This document shows positions 9,812 through 18,679 of a stretch of DNA of 54,845 nucleotides, piece by piece. Origin of the DNA: a bacterium (GTDB lineage: Bacteria > Electryoneota > AABM5-125-24 > Hatepunaeales > Hatepunaeaceae); the NCBI GenBank assembly GCA_025774605.1, contig JALGVR010000007.1, forward strand, positions 1 through 54,845, read 5' to 3'. A model generated the notes under the pieces. That model saw only the letters and a program-made list of their open reading frames with translations. It was not told the DNA's origin and did not search any database. Every line of letters begins with the position of its first letter. Within the stretch, counting starts at the first letter, position 1. A program made the position numbers and the translations under genes.

Positions 9812-10152
9812 ATTGTCATTCCTGCGAAGGCGGGAATCCATGATTATATATCACTTTGTCATTCCTGCGAAGGCAGAAATCCACGATTATATATCACATT
9901 GTCATTCCTGCGAAGGCAGGAATCCATGATTATATATCACATTGTCATTCCTGCGAAGGCAGGAATCCATGATTATATATCACATTGTCATTCCTGCGAA
10001 GGCGGGAATCCATGATTATATATCACATTGTCATTCCTGCGAAGGCGGGAATCCATGATTATATATCACATTGTCATTCCTGCGAAGGCGGGAATCCACT
10101 GAATACAAGCAGAAATTTCTCTCTGGATACCTGCCTCCGCAGGTATGACGCT
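9812..10152. repeat. Tandem array of 7 REP-like palindromes (43-bp period) closed by one inverted copy
   Basis: ATTGTCATTCCTGCGAAGGCRGGAATCCA at 9812, 9855, 9898, 9941, 9984, 10027, 10070 separated by a near-identical 14-bp linker TGATTATATATCAC; inverted copy CTGGATACCTGCCTCCGCAGGTATGAC at 10123-10149. Confidence 0.95.
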
Positions 10153-10311
10153 TTGCAGACATTTTCAACAGGTACAATTTGATTTTATATATGATGTGCC
10201 CCCATCACTAAAGAGTCGGAAATACCCGTCCCACTGATTTTTCAGCATATTTGTTAACCGACGAACCGCAATCAGAAGGTAGATGCCGTCAAGATACATA
10301 ATTCAGAGGTA

Positions 10312-12444
10312 ATGTTGAACCAGCGCAGAATATTTGCCCTGTTGATCCCGCTGACCGTCCTGATCGTAACCTCCGGCTGCCAGGTCGGCGGCTCCAAGTC
10401 ATTCGTCCAGGGTGATTCGCCTGAGGAGAACAACGCTGAATACACGGGCGGGCCGGTAACCGGCGACTGGGTGGTGATGGACCTGCTGGATGAACCGGAA
10501 TCATTGAACCCGTATACATCCACGTCGGCGAGCGCGACGAACATCTATAGCGGCTACATTTACGAGTCATTTCTCCGGACTCAGCGGGTGCCGCCGTGGG
10601 ATGACGAGCCGCTGCTTGCCGAAAGCCTGCCCGAAATATCCGGCGATCACCTTGTTTATACCTGGAAGCTGTGTTCCGGCATCTACTTCCATGACGGTCA
10701 CCCGTTGACCATGCGCGATGCCGCGTTTTCACTCAAAGCGATCATGAACCCCTACGTCGATGACCTGCCGAGCAAGCCCTATTACGCCGAGCTTGACAGC
10801 CTGAAAATCATGGATGATCTGAACCTGATGATGTACTGCTCGCAACCCTATTTCCTGCACCAGGGATTTCTCGGCGGTTTTAGCATAATTCCGGAGCATA
10901 TCTTCGATCCTGAAGGATTGATGGCTGATCTGACCTACTTCCAGGTTAAAAACGGATCTGCGTTCGGACGCATCGCCGAATTCCTGGAAAAGAGTGAACA
11001 TGCAACCTGGCGGGAGCTGGTTCCCGCCGTGACCCTGGCGGCGCTCGAGAAATCCATCGCCGGGGCGACACACGATCATATCAAGTGGAAGGATGTCGAG
11101 AAGGCTGTTCCCGGTCTGAGAAGTATGCGGCCGGCTGAAGCGCTGGATGCGGTGTCGGTTTTCCTCGCCGGTCAGCCCGACGGCGACGGAGCCGCTGGTT
11201 TGCTCAACGAGGTTCGGAAATCCACACGGAACGTCCTTAACACGCTGCCGATCACCACCAAGATCAACGCTGAAACAGGATCGAAAGACTTTCCCCGGCG
11301 GAAAGAACTGATGGAGACCTGCCGGGATATCCACGACCAAATCGAGAAATTCGGCAGATCATTCAACATCCATGAACAGAACCGCGCTCCGACGGTCGGC
11401 AGCGGACCGTACATGTTCGAGAGCTGGAGCACCGGCCAGGAGATCGTGCTGAGACGCAATCCCAATTACTGGCGCGGCGAAGGCTATGCTTATCTCGATA
11501 AAATCGTCTGGCGGATACTGACCGATGTAACCGCTTCACTGGTGGCTCTGAAAAACGGCGAGGTCGATTTCGTCGATAACCTGCAGACATTACAGTACCT
11601 GACCATGACCAATCGCAAGAGCTTTCTCGACAAGTTCATCAAGGACACTTATTTGATTCCCACCTACACATACCTCGGCTGGCGCAACACACACCCGATC
11701 TTCAAGGATAAACGGGTCAGACTTGCCATGACGCACATGGTCAGGCGCAAGGACATCCGCGACAAGCTCCTGTTCGGCTTTGCCGAGATCGTCGTCAGTA
11801 ACTTCTACCGTTACGGAATGGACTACGATTCAACCATCGTTCCCTACAAGTATGACCCTGAAGAGGCGGTCAGGCTTCTTACGGAGGCCGGCTGGAAGGA
11901 CGTCGATAATGACGGCATCCTCGAAAAGGACTCGCTCGAGTTCCGCTTCGAGATGTTGATACCATCGGGTTCGACGTTCGCCCAGCAGTTGACATCCATC
12001 CTGCGCGAAGATCTTTTCATGATCGGCATCGAGATGGACATCCGCCAGCTCGAGTGGTCGGTATTCATTAACAATTACATCCGCAACCACAACTTCGACG
12101 CCTGCTTCCTCGGCTGGGTGTTCGGTATGAAGGGCGACCCGAAACAGGTCTGGCATTCGGAGTCGGCCAAGGGACGGGGTTCAAACCACATCGAATTCAT
12201 GAACCCGGAGGCCGATTCCCTGATCGATGCGGCGCGCACCGAGTTCAACGTCGAGAAGCGGATCGCCCTGTATCACCGCTTCCAGCGTATACTTCACGAG
12301 GAGCAGCCTTACACGTTCCTGTTCAGCTCCATGCGCAAACCAGCCTATGACAGACGCTTCAAGGGTGTGAAGTGGTACCCTTTCCGACCCGGTTACCAGC
12401 TTGACGAGTGGTTCGTGCCGAAGGAGGAGCGGAAGTACCAGTAG
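10312..12444 (+). CDS. ABC-type peptide-binding lipoprotein (SBP family 5, OppA/AppA-like) with a large insertion
   Basis: Lipobox-like VTSGC; PESLNP, LAESLPE, DGHPLTMRDAAFS, VGSGPY, RNPNYW; about 130 extra residues in the middle. Confidence 0.85.
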   Translation: MLNQRRIFALLIPLTVLIVTSGCQVGGSKSFVQGDSPEENNAEYTGGPVTGDWVVMDLLDEPESLNPYTSTSASATNIYSGYIYESFLRTQRVPPWDDEPLLAESLPEISGDHLVYTWKLCSGIYFHDGHPLTMRDAAFSLKAIMNPYVDDLPSKPYYAELDSLKIMDDLNLMMYCSQPYFLHQGFLGGFSIIPEHIFDPEGLMADLTYFQVKNGSAFGRIAEFLEKSEHATWRELVPAVTLAALEKSIAGATHDHIKWKDVEKAVPGLRSMRPAEALDAVSVFLAGQPDGDGAAGLLNEVRKSTRNVLNTLPITTKINAETGSKDFPRRKELMETCRDIHDQIEKFGRSFNIHEQNRAPTVGSGPYMFESWSTGQEIVLRRNPNYWRGEGYAYLDKIVWRILTDVTASLVALKNGEVDFVDNLQTLQYLTMTNRKSFLDKFIKDTYLIPTYTYLGWRNTHPIFKDKRVRLAMTHMVRRKDIRDKLLFGFAEIVVSNFYRYGMDYDSTIVPYKYDPEEAVRLLTEAGWKDVDNDGILEKDSLEFRFEMLIPSGSTFAQQLTSILREDLFMIGIEMDIRQLEWSVFINNYIRNHNFDACFLGWVFGMKGDPKQVWHSESAKGRGSNHIEFMNPEADSLIDAARTEFNVEKRIALYHRFQRILHEEQPYTFLFSSMRKPAYDRRFKGVKWYPFRPGYQLDEWFVPKEERKYQ

Positions 12445-12557
12445 GTTAAGGGATAAACCCGTCCAACAAGCCGTCCGGGTCACGCGCCCCGGGGAACTAC
12501 GATAATATCACCGCAGCCCTCCCGTCCGATATTCTTCGTTTGCCTACACATTGATAA

Positions 12558-12584
12558 ATTTGTATAATATTATGTTATACAAAT
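12558..12584. promoter_or_regulatory. Putative operator in the tldE promoter region
   Basis: Perfect 10-bp inverted repeat ATTTGTATAA-N7-TTATACAAAT, 25 bp upstream of the ATG, next to TTGATA (12551) and TATAAT (12563). Confidence 0.45.
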
Positions 12585-12608
12585 CAGCTTTGAACCAACG
12601 AGGATGCC

Positions 12609-13952
12609 ATGCTGACCGAAACCGAACTCAAGACACTCGCCGATAAGGCGCTCGCCTTCGCCAACGGCTACGACGCCGAAATACTTGTTAACTCGGGCGA
12701 CAGCGCGCTGACCCGCTTCAGCGAAAACGTCATCACCCAGAATGTTTCATCGCACAATGCCGGTCTGTCGATCAGGCTGCTCAAGGACGGCAGGATGGGC
12801 AAAGCATCGACCGGCAACCTGTCCGATGACGGGCTGAGGCGCTGCGTCGAAACCGCCGCGGCAGCGTTGAAGGTTGCGGAACGTGACCCGGACCTGTTCC
12901 CCCTGCCCGGTCCCCAGGAATACCGGAAGGTTGAAAACTTCACGCCGGCAACCCCGGAGACAACGCCTGATACCCGTGCTGAAGGCGTCAGGCTGGCCAT
13001 TGACAGGTTCAAGCGGGACGAGCTCGAGGGCGCCGGGATATTCTCCACCGGCGGCAGCGGCTTTGCGCTGGCAAATTCCAGACAGTTGTGGGCCTACCAT
13101 CCTTCGACCCGCGCCAAGTTTTCGATCTCGGCGATGAGCCCCGACTCGTCCGGCTGGGCCGAGGATACCGACAACGACATCGGAGCTATAGCCATCGACG
13201 AAATCGCCCGCAAAGCCGCGCAGAAAGCGCTGGACGGAAGGAATCCCGCCGATATCGAACCCGGCGCGTACACGGTGATCTTTGAGCCCGCCGCGGTGGC
13301 GGAATTCCTGCTCTTCCTCGCCTGGGAAGCATTCAACGGACTGGCGTATGTTGAGGATCGAAGTTGTTTCTCCGGCAAATCCGGACAAAAGGTCGCCGGC
13401 GACAACATCACCATTGTGGACGACGCCTATCACCCCATGACCAGGGGCGTCCCGTTCGACTACGAGGGGTTTCCCCGGCAGAAGGTGACGTTGATCGAGC
13501 AGGGCGTCTTCAGGTCAGCGGTGCACAACCGCAAGACGGCGAAGCTGGCGGGCGTGGATCAGACCGGTCATTCCATGCCTCAGCCCGACGCCTGGGGACC
13601 GATGCCCGGAAACCTGATCCTGTCGCCGGGTGATTCCACGATGGAGGATATGATCGCCTCGACCGACAGGGGACTGCTGGTCACCAACCTGCACTACGTG
13701 AACATCCTGAACCCGATCACGATGACGTTGACCGGCATGACCCGCGACGGCTTGTTCCTGATCGAGAACGGCAGGATCACGAAAGGCCTGAAGAACATGC
13801 GCTTCACCGAATCCGTGCTGCACGTGCTCAACAACGTCGAAGCCCTGACAAGGGAGTTGTTCAAGACCGGCACGTTCTGGGGCGGCGGCGGCAGCATCGC
13901 ACCGGCGATCAAGGTGAACGATTTTCACCTGACGAGTAAGACGGAGAATTGA
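12609..13952 (+). CDS. tldE: TldE/PmbA family protein (non-catalytic subunit)
   Basis: SALTRFSENVITQN, PGAYTVIFEPAAV, PFDYEGFP, TGMTRDG; no HExxxH motif. Confidence 0.88.
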   Translation: MLTETELKTLADKALAFANGYDAEILVNSGDSALTRFSENVITQNVSSHNAGLSIRLLKDGRMGKASTGNLSDDGLRRCVETAAAALKVAERDPDLFPLPGPQEYRKVENFTPATPETTPDTRAEGVRLAIDRFKRDELEGAGIFSTGGSGFALANSRQLWAYHPSTRAKFSISAMSPDSSGWAEDTDNDIGAIAIDEIARKAAQKALDGRNPADIEPGAYTVIFEPAAVAEFLLFLAWEAFNGLAYVEDRSCFSGKSGQKVAGDNITIVDDAYHPMTRGVPFDYEGFPRQKVTLIEQGVFRSAVHNRKTAKLAGVDQTGHSMPQPDAWGPMPGNLILSPGDSTMEDMIASTDRGLLVTNLHYVNILNPITMTLTGMTRDGLFLIENGRITKGLKNMRFTESVLHVLNNVEALTRELFKTGTFWGGGGSIAPAIKVNDFHLTSKTEN

Positions 13953-13992
13953 TGGCAAAGCCCTGTTAATATTGCCATCAACGCGGAATGCA

Positions 13993-14191
13993 CATTAAAA
14001 TCATCCCTTCTGAAGATGCATTAATGTCATCCTTTCTGAAGGCGCATTAACGTCATCCTTTCTGAAGGTGCATTAACGTCATCCTTTCTGAAGGTGCATT
14101 AACGTCATCCCCGCGCACGCGGGGAACCAGAATCAGGACGACGGGGCTCCGCACCCGTCGCTAATGTCATCCCCGCGCACGCGGGGAACCA
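13993..14191. repeat. 26-bp tandem units merging into two REP-like palindromes
   Basis: CATTAACGTCATCCTTTCTGAAGGTG-like unit x4 (13993-14096), then GTCATCCCCGCGCACGCGGGGAACCA at 14104-14129 and 14166-14191. Confidence 0.9.
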
Positions 14192-14208
14192 AGTAGAAGG
14201 AATTATCA

Positions 14209-15045
14209 ATGTTATTCACGATCATTCTGGTTGTAATAGCTGTTGTTGTAATTTTAATGCTAATTAAAAAGCTATCTAAGGTACAAAAACCACCAGAAGA
14301 AGAACGGATTCCCCCTCTTTTAGAAATTGGCGAATTGAATGCAGTCTGCCCCTACTGCGGTGTGGAACTGAAAAAGAAGCCCGGACGGAAGACGAAGTGC
14401 CGCGATTGCGGGAACTTCATCTATGTAAGAACCCGTCCAATCGACCAGAATAAAATTTTAATACGGGAAGACCAAATTGAGCAAATAGAAGAGCAATGGG
14501 CAATTGCAAATGGGAACTATGACGAATACTGTCGAGATAAAGAAGAAGCTCAAAGAAGACTGGAATCGGCACGTAACGTCTTAAAGCAGCGTTTTGGTAA
14601 AGATCCCTCTGAGGGAGACGTTCAATGGTATATGTTCAATGAAGACTTGATTATACATGCAGGGCAAATAAACTGGGGGCTTTACAGCAATACGAGAATG
14701 GCAATGGCATTCCACCTTGAAAAAGAGGGTCGCTTCAAGCATGCTCTACAAATTCTTCTTGAGGTATGTTATCTCGATTTAAACGGACCCAATAATATGG
14801 GCGGCATAACTGATTCTGAATTACTGAAGGAGTTCCCGCAGTGGGATGTGAGTCTCGCTTTTACGGCTCCCGCCATCTTGAACAAGATAATCAAATTGGC
14901 TGAGCAGTTGAACATTAGCAAAGACGATGTCCAGCGGATATTCTCTGAAGTCGCTGAACGAACTCGGAAATCAATCAAGACCCCTGTCCCTGTTGAATCT
15001 GCTTGGAATTCGTTGCAGAAAGAGATATGGACTGCGTCTTTGTAA
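14209..15045 (+). CDS. Hypothetical protein with N-terminal membrane anchor and Zn-ribbon
   Basis: Hydrophobic N-terminal helix; CPYC-x13-CRDC; helical C-terminal region; more AT-rich than its flanks. Confidence 0.8.
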   Translation: MLFTIILVVIAVVVILMLIKKLSKVQKPPEEERIPPLLEIGELNAVCPYCGVELKKKPGRKTKCRDCGNFIYVRTRPIDQNKILIREDQIEQIEEQWAIANGNYDEYCRDKEEAQRRLESARNVLKQRFGKDPSEGDVQWYMFNEDLIIHAGQINWGLYSNTRMAMAFHLEKEGRFKHALQILLEVCYLDLNGPNNMGGITDSELLKEFPQWDVSLAFTAPAILNKIIKLAEQLNISKDDVQRIFSEVAERTRKSIKTPVPVESAWNSLQKEIWTASL

Positions 15046-15142
15046 GAGCGTTTTTATTTGAGTCCCATAAATTTTCCATGAAGTGTATAGACTTCTATTC
15101 GTGCTTGGTTAGTAAGTATATTCCGTTTGAGTAAAAAATGGG

Positions 15143-16468
15143 ATGAACATGCCAACGAGAGAATACACAAAACCAATATATGATATTGAGGTTAACGGTG
15201 AAATACTACTCAAAAATATTTCTGGTGAGGTACATTTTGGGAATGGTAAGAAAGTAAATACATACTTCGAAATTTACTATTCTCTTTTACGTTTACCGAG
15301 CCTCAAAGTATTGTTTACTAATAGAAATCCAGATCTATATAATTATCTAACTGATAAGAATAGAATTACATTAGTGATTGACAGAAATAAGGTCAAAGGA
15401 ATTGTTTCAGCTGTAAATTTCAATTTAAAAGGCAAAATTTCATTTTTTAATTGCGAATTCATACCACATGCTCCAATTATTACCGGTGATAAATCAAATA
15501 GTGTGAAGATAATAAAATTCCATTTATTAAATTTCCCGTTTTTCTATTGTATTGGAATGCCATTATCCTCATGCTATGACGTTCCTTACAAAGATAATCA
15601 TAGAAATGCTCGCTTGGGAGGTGTACTTTTAGAAGCTATGGATTATGAGATACATTTTCATTCACATTCAGAATATCGTGAAATTGAAAAGGAATTACGA
15701 AGAACTGGTGGATACGGAATTACTCACATTGGTAAAATTAAGAGAATGGATGAAGGTCTAATAAGTTTTGATGAGGTGGATAATATTCTTAATATATTGC
15801 ACTATTTTCTTTCATTTACTGCTGGCAGATGGTGTCCACCTGTATTAATAACTGGTATTGATGATAAAGATAATGTTATTTGGGAAGTGTTTGAAACACC
15901 GTTAGTTACTAAATGGGTGTATTCACCTAACTGGTTTGATATATATAATGGTAGTTCAATTCACGATATATTTCCTGGTTTTGTTGATATGTGGAAAGAT
16001 GATGTTTGGAAAGAAACCTTAGAACATTCATTGTACTGGTATCTATTAAGCAATACTCTAACGTCAAAGGATGCTGGAATTATTCTTTCATTTACTGCTC
16101 TAGATAGGCTTAAGAGCACTTATTTACGGAAAAATAACAAACATTTACTAAAGAATAAATATGGTGGTAAATTTAAAATTGATTCTCTTTTGAAGGAGTT
16201 TAAAATTGATCCAACGATTCCCAGTAAACTATCAAATATTAAAAAATTAGGTGATAATGGTCCGAAACTGATAACAGAAGTGAGAAACTCATACGTACAT
16301 CCTACGGAACGTATTCCGTCTAATTTAGATATTAGTTTCGAAGCATGGCAACTTACACAATGGTATTTGGATCTGATATTTCTAAAACTTTTCGATTACA
16401 ATGGGCAATATTCCAATAGAATAACATCTACTCGCTATGGGCAAGTAGAGGATGTACCGTGGATTTAA
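15143..16468 (+). CDS. Apea-like HEPN domain protein (candidate anti-phage ribonuclease)
   Basis: Very AT-rich 441-aa ORF; beta-rich N-terminal half; C-terminal R-N-S-Y-V-H (RxxxxH) motif at residues 381-386. Confidence 0.6.
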   Translation: MNMPTREYTKPIYDIEVNGEILLKNISGEVHFGNGKKVNTYFEIYYSLLRLPSLKVLFTNRNPDLYNYLTDKNRITLVIDRNKVKGIVSAVNFNLKGKISFFNCEFIPHAPIITGDKSNSVKIIKFHLLNFPFFYCIGMPLSSCYDVPYKDNHRNARLGGVLLEAMDYEIHFHSHSEYREIEKELRRTGGYGITHIGKIKRMDEGLISFDEVDNILNILHYFLSFTAGRWCPPVLITGIDDKDNVIWEVFETPLVTKWVYSPNWFDIYNGSSIHDIFPGFVDMWKDDVWKETLEHSLYWYLLSNTLTSKDAGIILSFTALDRLKSTYLRKNNKHLLKNKYGGKFKIDSLLKEFKIDPTIPSKLSNIKKLGDNGPKLITEVRNSYVHPTERIPSNLDISFEAWQLTQWYLDLIFLKLFDYNGQYSNRITSTRYGQVEDVPWI

Positions 16469-16489
16469 AAGCTCATAAATTTTAAAGTG

Positions 16490-16552
16490 CTGGATTCCAA
16501 CTTCCGTTGGAATGATGAGCTTGTCTGCATTCCCGGTCAGGTCGGGAATGAC
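16490..16552. repeat. Two reversed REP-like palindromes
   Basis: CTGGATTCCAACTTCCGTTGGAATGATGAG and CATTCCCGGTCAGGTCGGGAATGAC; same family as the MITE-internal REP. Confidence 0.8.
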
Positions 16553-16607
16553 AAGTAATAAAATAGCTTGTTAGTACATTTACTTTTTAATATACACGAG
16601 GCAATCA

Positions 16608-18053
16608 ATGAGACAACTTGCTGAGCGCGCAGTCGAGACGGCAAAGGTAAAGGGCGCATCATACGCCGACTGCAGAATCATCTTCACCGAAACAGAAGAG
16701 ACCACGGTTCAGAACGGCAAGGTTTCCGAGCTTAACATCAGCGAAGACATCGGCTTCGGCGTCAGGGTTATCGTCGACGGCGCCTGGGGGTTCGCCTGCG
16801 GTCCGGGGACAGACAGGGAATCCATCGACAGGATCGCCGCCGAAGCGGTGTCGATCGCCAGGGCATCCGCCATGTTGAAAAAAGATGACGTCCGCCTCGC
16901 TCCGGAACCGGTCTACGACGAAACCTGGCAGACACCGATCGTCGAGGACCCGTTCGCGGTGCCCTTGGAGGAAAAACTGGCGCTGCTGTTCGAGATCGAC
17001 CGTACCCTGCGCACCGACAAGCGCATCAAGACCGCAACCGGATCGCTCGAATTCCTGCGCGAACACCAGTGGATGGCGACCAGCGAAGGGACGTTCATCG
17101 ACCAGCTCCTGGTGCGCAGCGGCGCGGGATTCTCAGCCACGGCGGTCGGCAACGATGAAGTGCAGGTGCGCAGCTATCCGAACTCGTTCCGCGGTCAATA
17201 TATGACTTTGGGTTACGAGCTCGTGCGCGGGCTGCACCTGTTGGACAACGCCGAACGGGTGCGCGAGGAAGCCATCGCGCTCCTGACCGCGCCGACATGC
17301 CCCTCCGGTCAATACGACACCATCATCGACGGCTCGCAGATGGGGCTGCAGATCCACGAATCGGTCGGACACGCCACCGAACTCGACCGCGTCCTGGGGA
17401 TGGAAGCCAACTACGCCGGAATGAGCTTCGCCACGACCGAGAAGCTGAACAACTTCCGTTACGGCTCCGACATCGTCAACCTGGTCTGCGACGCCACCGT
17501 GCCGGGCGGGTTGGGGACGTTCGGCTGGGACGATGACGGCGTCCGGGCTCAACGCTGGCACCTGGTCAGGAACGGTCAGTTCGTCGGATACCAGTTCAAC
17601 CGGGAGCTTGCACATAAGATCAATGCTGAACGGGCGGTCAGCAGCAATCGGGCGGACGGCTGGAACAATATCCCGATCGTGCGCAACGGCAATATCTCGC
17701 TGATGCCCGGCAAGTGGAAGCTGGAAGACCTGATGGCCGACACCGAGGGCGGAATCTACATGGAGACCAATCGCAGCTGGTCAATCGACCAGTGGCGGCT
17801 GAACTTCCAATTCGGCGTGGAGGCTGCCTGGGAGATCAAGGGCGGCAGGAAGGGACAACTGCTAAAAAACGCCAACTACCAAGGCATCACACCGGAGTTC
17901 TGGAAGAGCTGCGATGCGATCTGCAACGACGAACACTGGGTGTTATGGGGCGTGAACAACTGCGGCAAGGGTCAACCCGGTCAGCGCGCCGAAATGTCCC
18001 ACGGCGCCGCTCCGACACGGTTCAGGAAAATGACGGTCGGTGTGGGGAATTAG
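16608..18053 (+). CDS. tldD: TldD family zinc metalloprotease subunit
   Basis: IHESVGHATELDR (HExxGH), GTFGWDDDGV, CGKGQP. Confidence 0.92.
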   Translation: MRQLAERAVETAKVKGASYADCRIIFTETEETTVQNGKVSELNISEDIGFGVRVIVDGAWGFACGPGTDRESIDRIAAEAVSIARASAMLKKDDVRLAPEPVYDETWQTPIVEDPFAVPLEEKLALLFEIDRTLRTDKRIKTATGSLEFLREHQWMATSEGTFIDQLLVRSGAGFSATAVGNDEVQVRSYPNSFRGQYMTLGYELVRGLHLLDNAERVREEAIALLTAPTCPSGQYDTIIDGSQMGLQIHESVGHATELDRVLGMEANYAGMSFATTEKLNNFRYGSDIVNLVCDATVPGGLGTFGWDDDGVRAQRWHLVRNGQFVGYQFNRELAHKINAERAVSSNRADGWNNIPIVRNGNISLMPGKWKLEDLMADTEGGIYMETNRSWSIDQWRLNFQFGVEAAWEIKGGRKGQLLKNANYQGITPEFWKSCDAICNDEHWVLWGVNNCGKGQPGQRAEMSHGAAPTRFRKMTVGVGN

Positions 18054-18089
18054 CGCCATCGCCCGCCCGCAAATTATAATTATCCCGGA

Positions 18090-18485
18090 TTGCCCATGCC
18101 CCCGATAAAACTGCGTCAATCGAACCCGAGCCGCCTGATCGAATACGGCGAGATCGAAATTCCGGACGACGATGATCTCGGCGCCGGCTGCTTCATCACC
18201 AGGCTCAAACCGAACGCCCTGTTTGTACAGAACATCATCAACAGCCAGATGATGAATGTCCCGGTTTTCCAGATATCAGTCAATATCAACGGCACCGATA
18301 AAGAAGTTTCGGTACTCCTTGGCAAAGCCGATGGATCAGATCCCGTCTCACGCCGGGTATTCGAACTCCCGCGGGAATTCGACTTCAGGCCGGAACGGCT
18401 GTTTACAGCTCGATTCAAGGATTGGAAGGTCACTGCGCTGGAGGTGGATGGAACGGGATTGATGGAAGCGGGACAGGAGGAATAA
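18090..18485 (+). CDS. Hypothetical protein (ATG start probably 18096)
   Basis: Coding-like ORF directly after tldD; no recognisable motif. Confidence 0.6.
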   Translation: MPMPPIKLRQSNPSRLIEYGEIEIPDDDDLGAGCFITRLKPNALFVQNIINSQMMNVPVFQISVNINGTDKEVSVLLGKADGSDPVSRRVFELPREFDFRPERLFTARFKDWKVTALEVDGTGLMEAGQEE

Positions 18486-18555
18486 TCCGACGGACTTAAA
18501 TGAAATCATCACTAATGTTCCGTTGAAGAAGTATTCCATCCCTAAGATTAATTTT

Positions 18556-18588
18556 CACATTGCCATTCCTGCGCAGCAGGTATGACGC
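18556..18588. repeat. Collapsed derivative of the 9812-10152 REP array
   Basis: CACATTGCCATTCCTGCG joined to GCAGGTATGACGC, i.e. the first and last bases of that array with the middle deleted. Confidence 0.65.
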
Positions 18589-18679
18589 CTGTTTGATTCT
18601 TTCATCAGGCAGATCAACAATCCGCATCTGCGGGCGTGTGGAGAGAAAATCAATGAAAACAAACCAGGCTAAACCATAA

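Noticed and set aside
9812-10098. CRISPR array
   Set aside because: Linkers are essentially identical 14-mers rather than unique spacers, the repeat is a dispersed REP family, and no cas genes are present
9707-10182. Overlapping ORFs with repeated HIVIPAKAGIHDYIS / CHSCEG motifs
   Set aside because: Translations of the stop-poor tandem repeat; the CxxC/His patterns are artefacts
12558-12584. XerCD dif site
   Set aside because: TTATGTTA resembles the XerD arm, but only 2 bp separate it from the ATAA of the other arm instead of 6
14104-14191. Two-repeat type I-E-like mini CRISPR (GTCATCCCCGCGCACGCGGGGAACCA, 36-bp gap)
   Set aside because: Only two copies, same GTCAT...CCA family as other REPs in the window, the gap is itself a hairpin, and there are no cas genes
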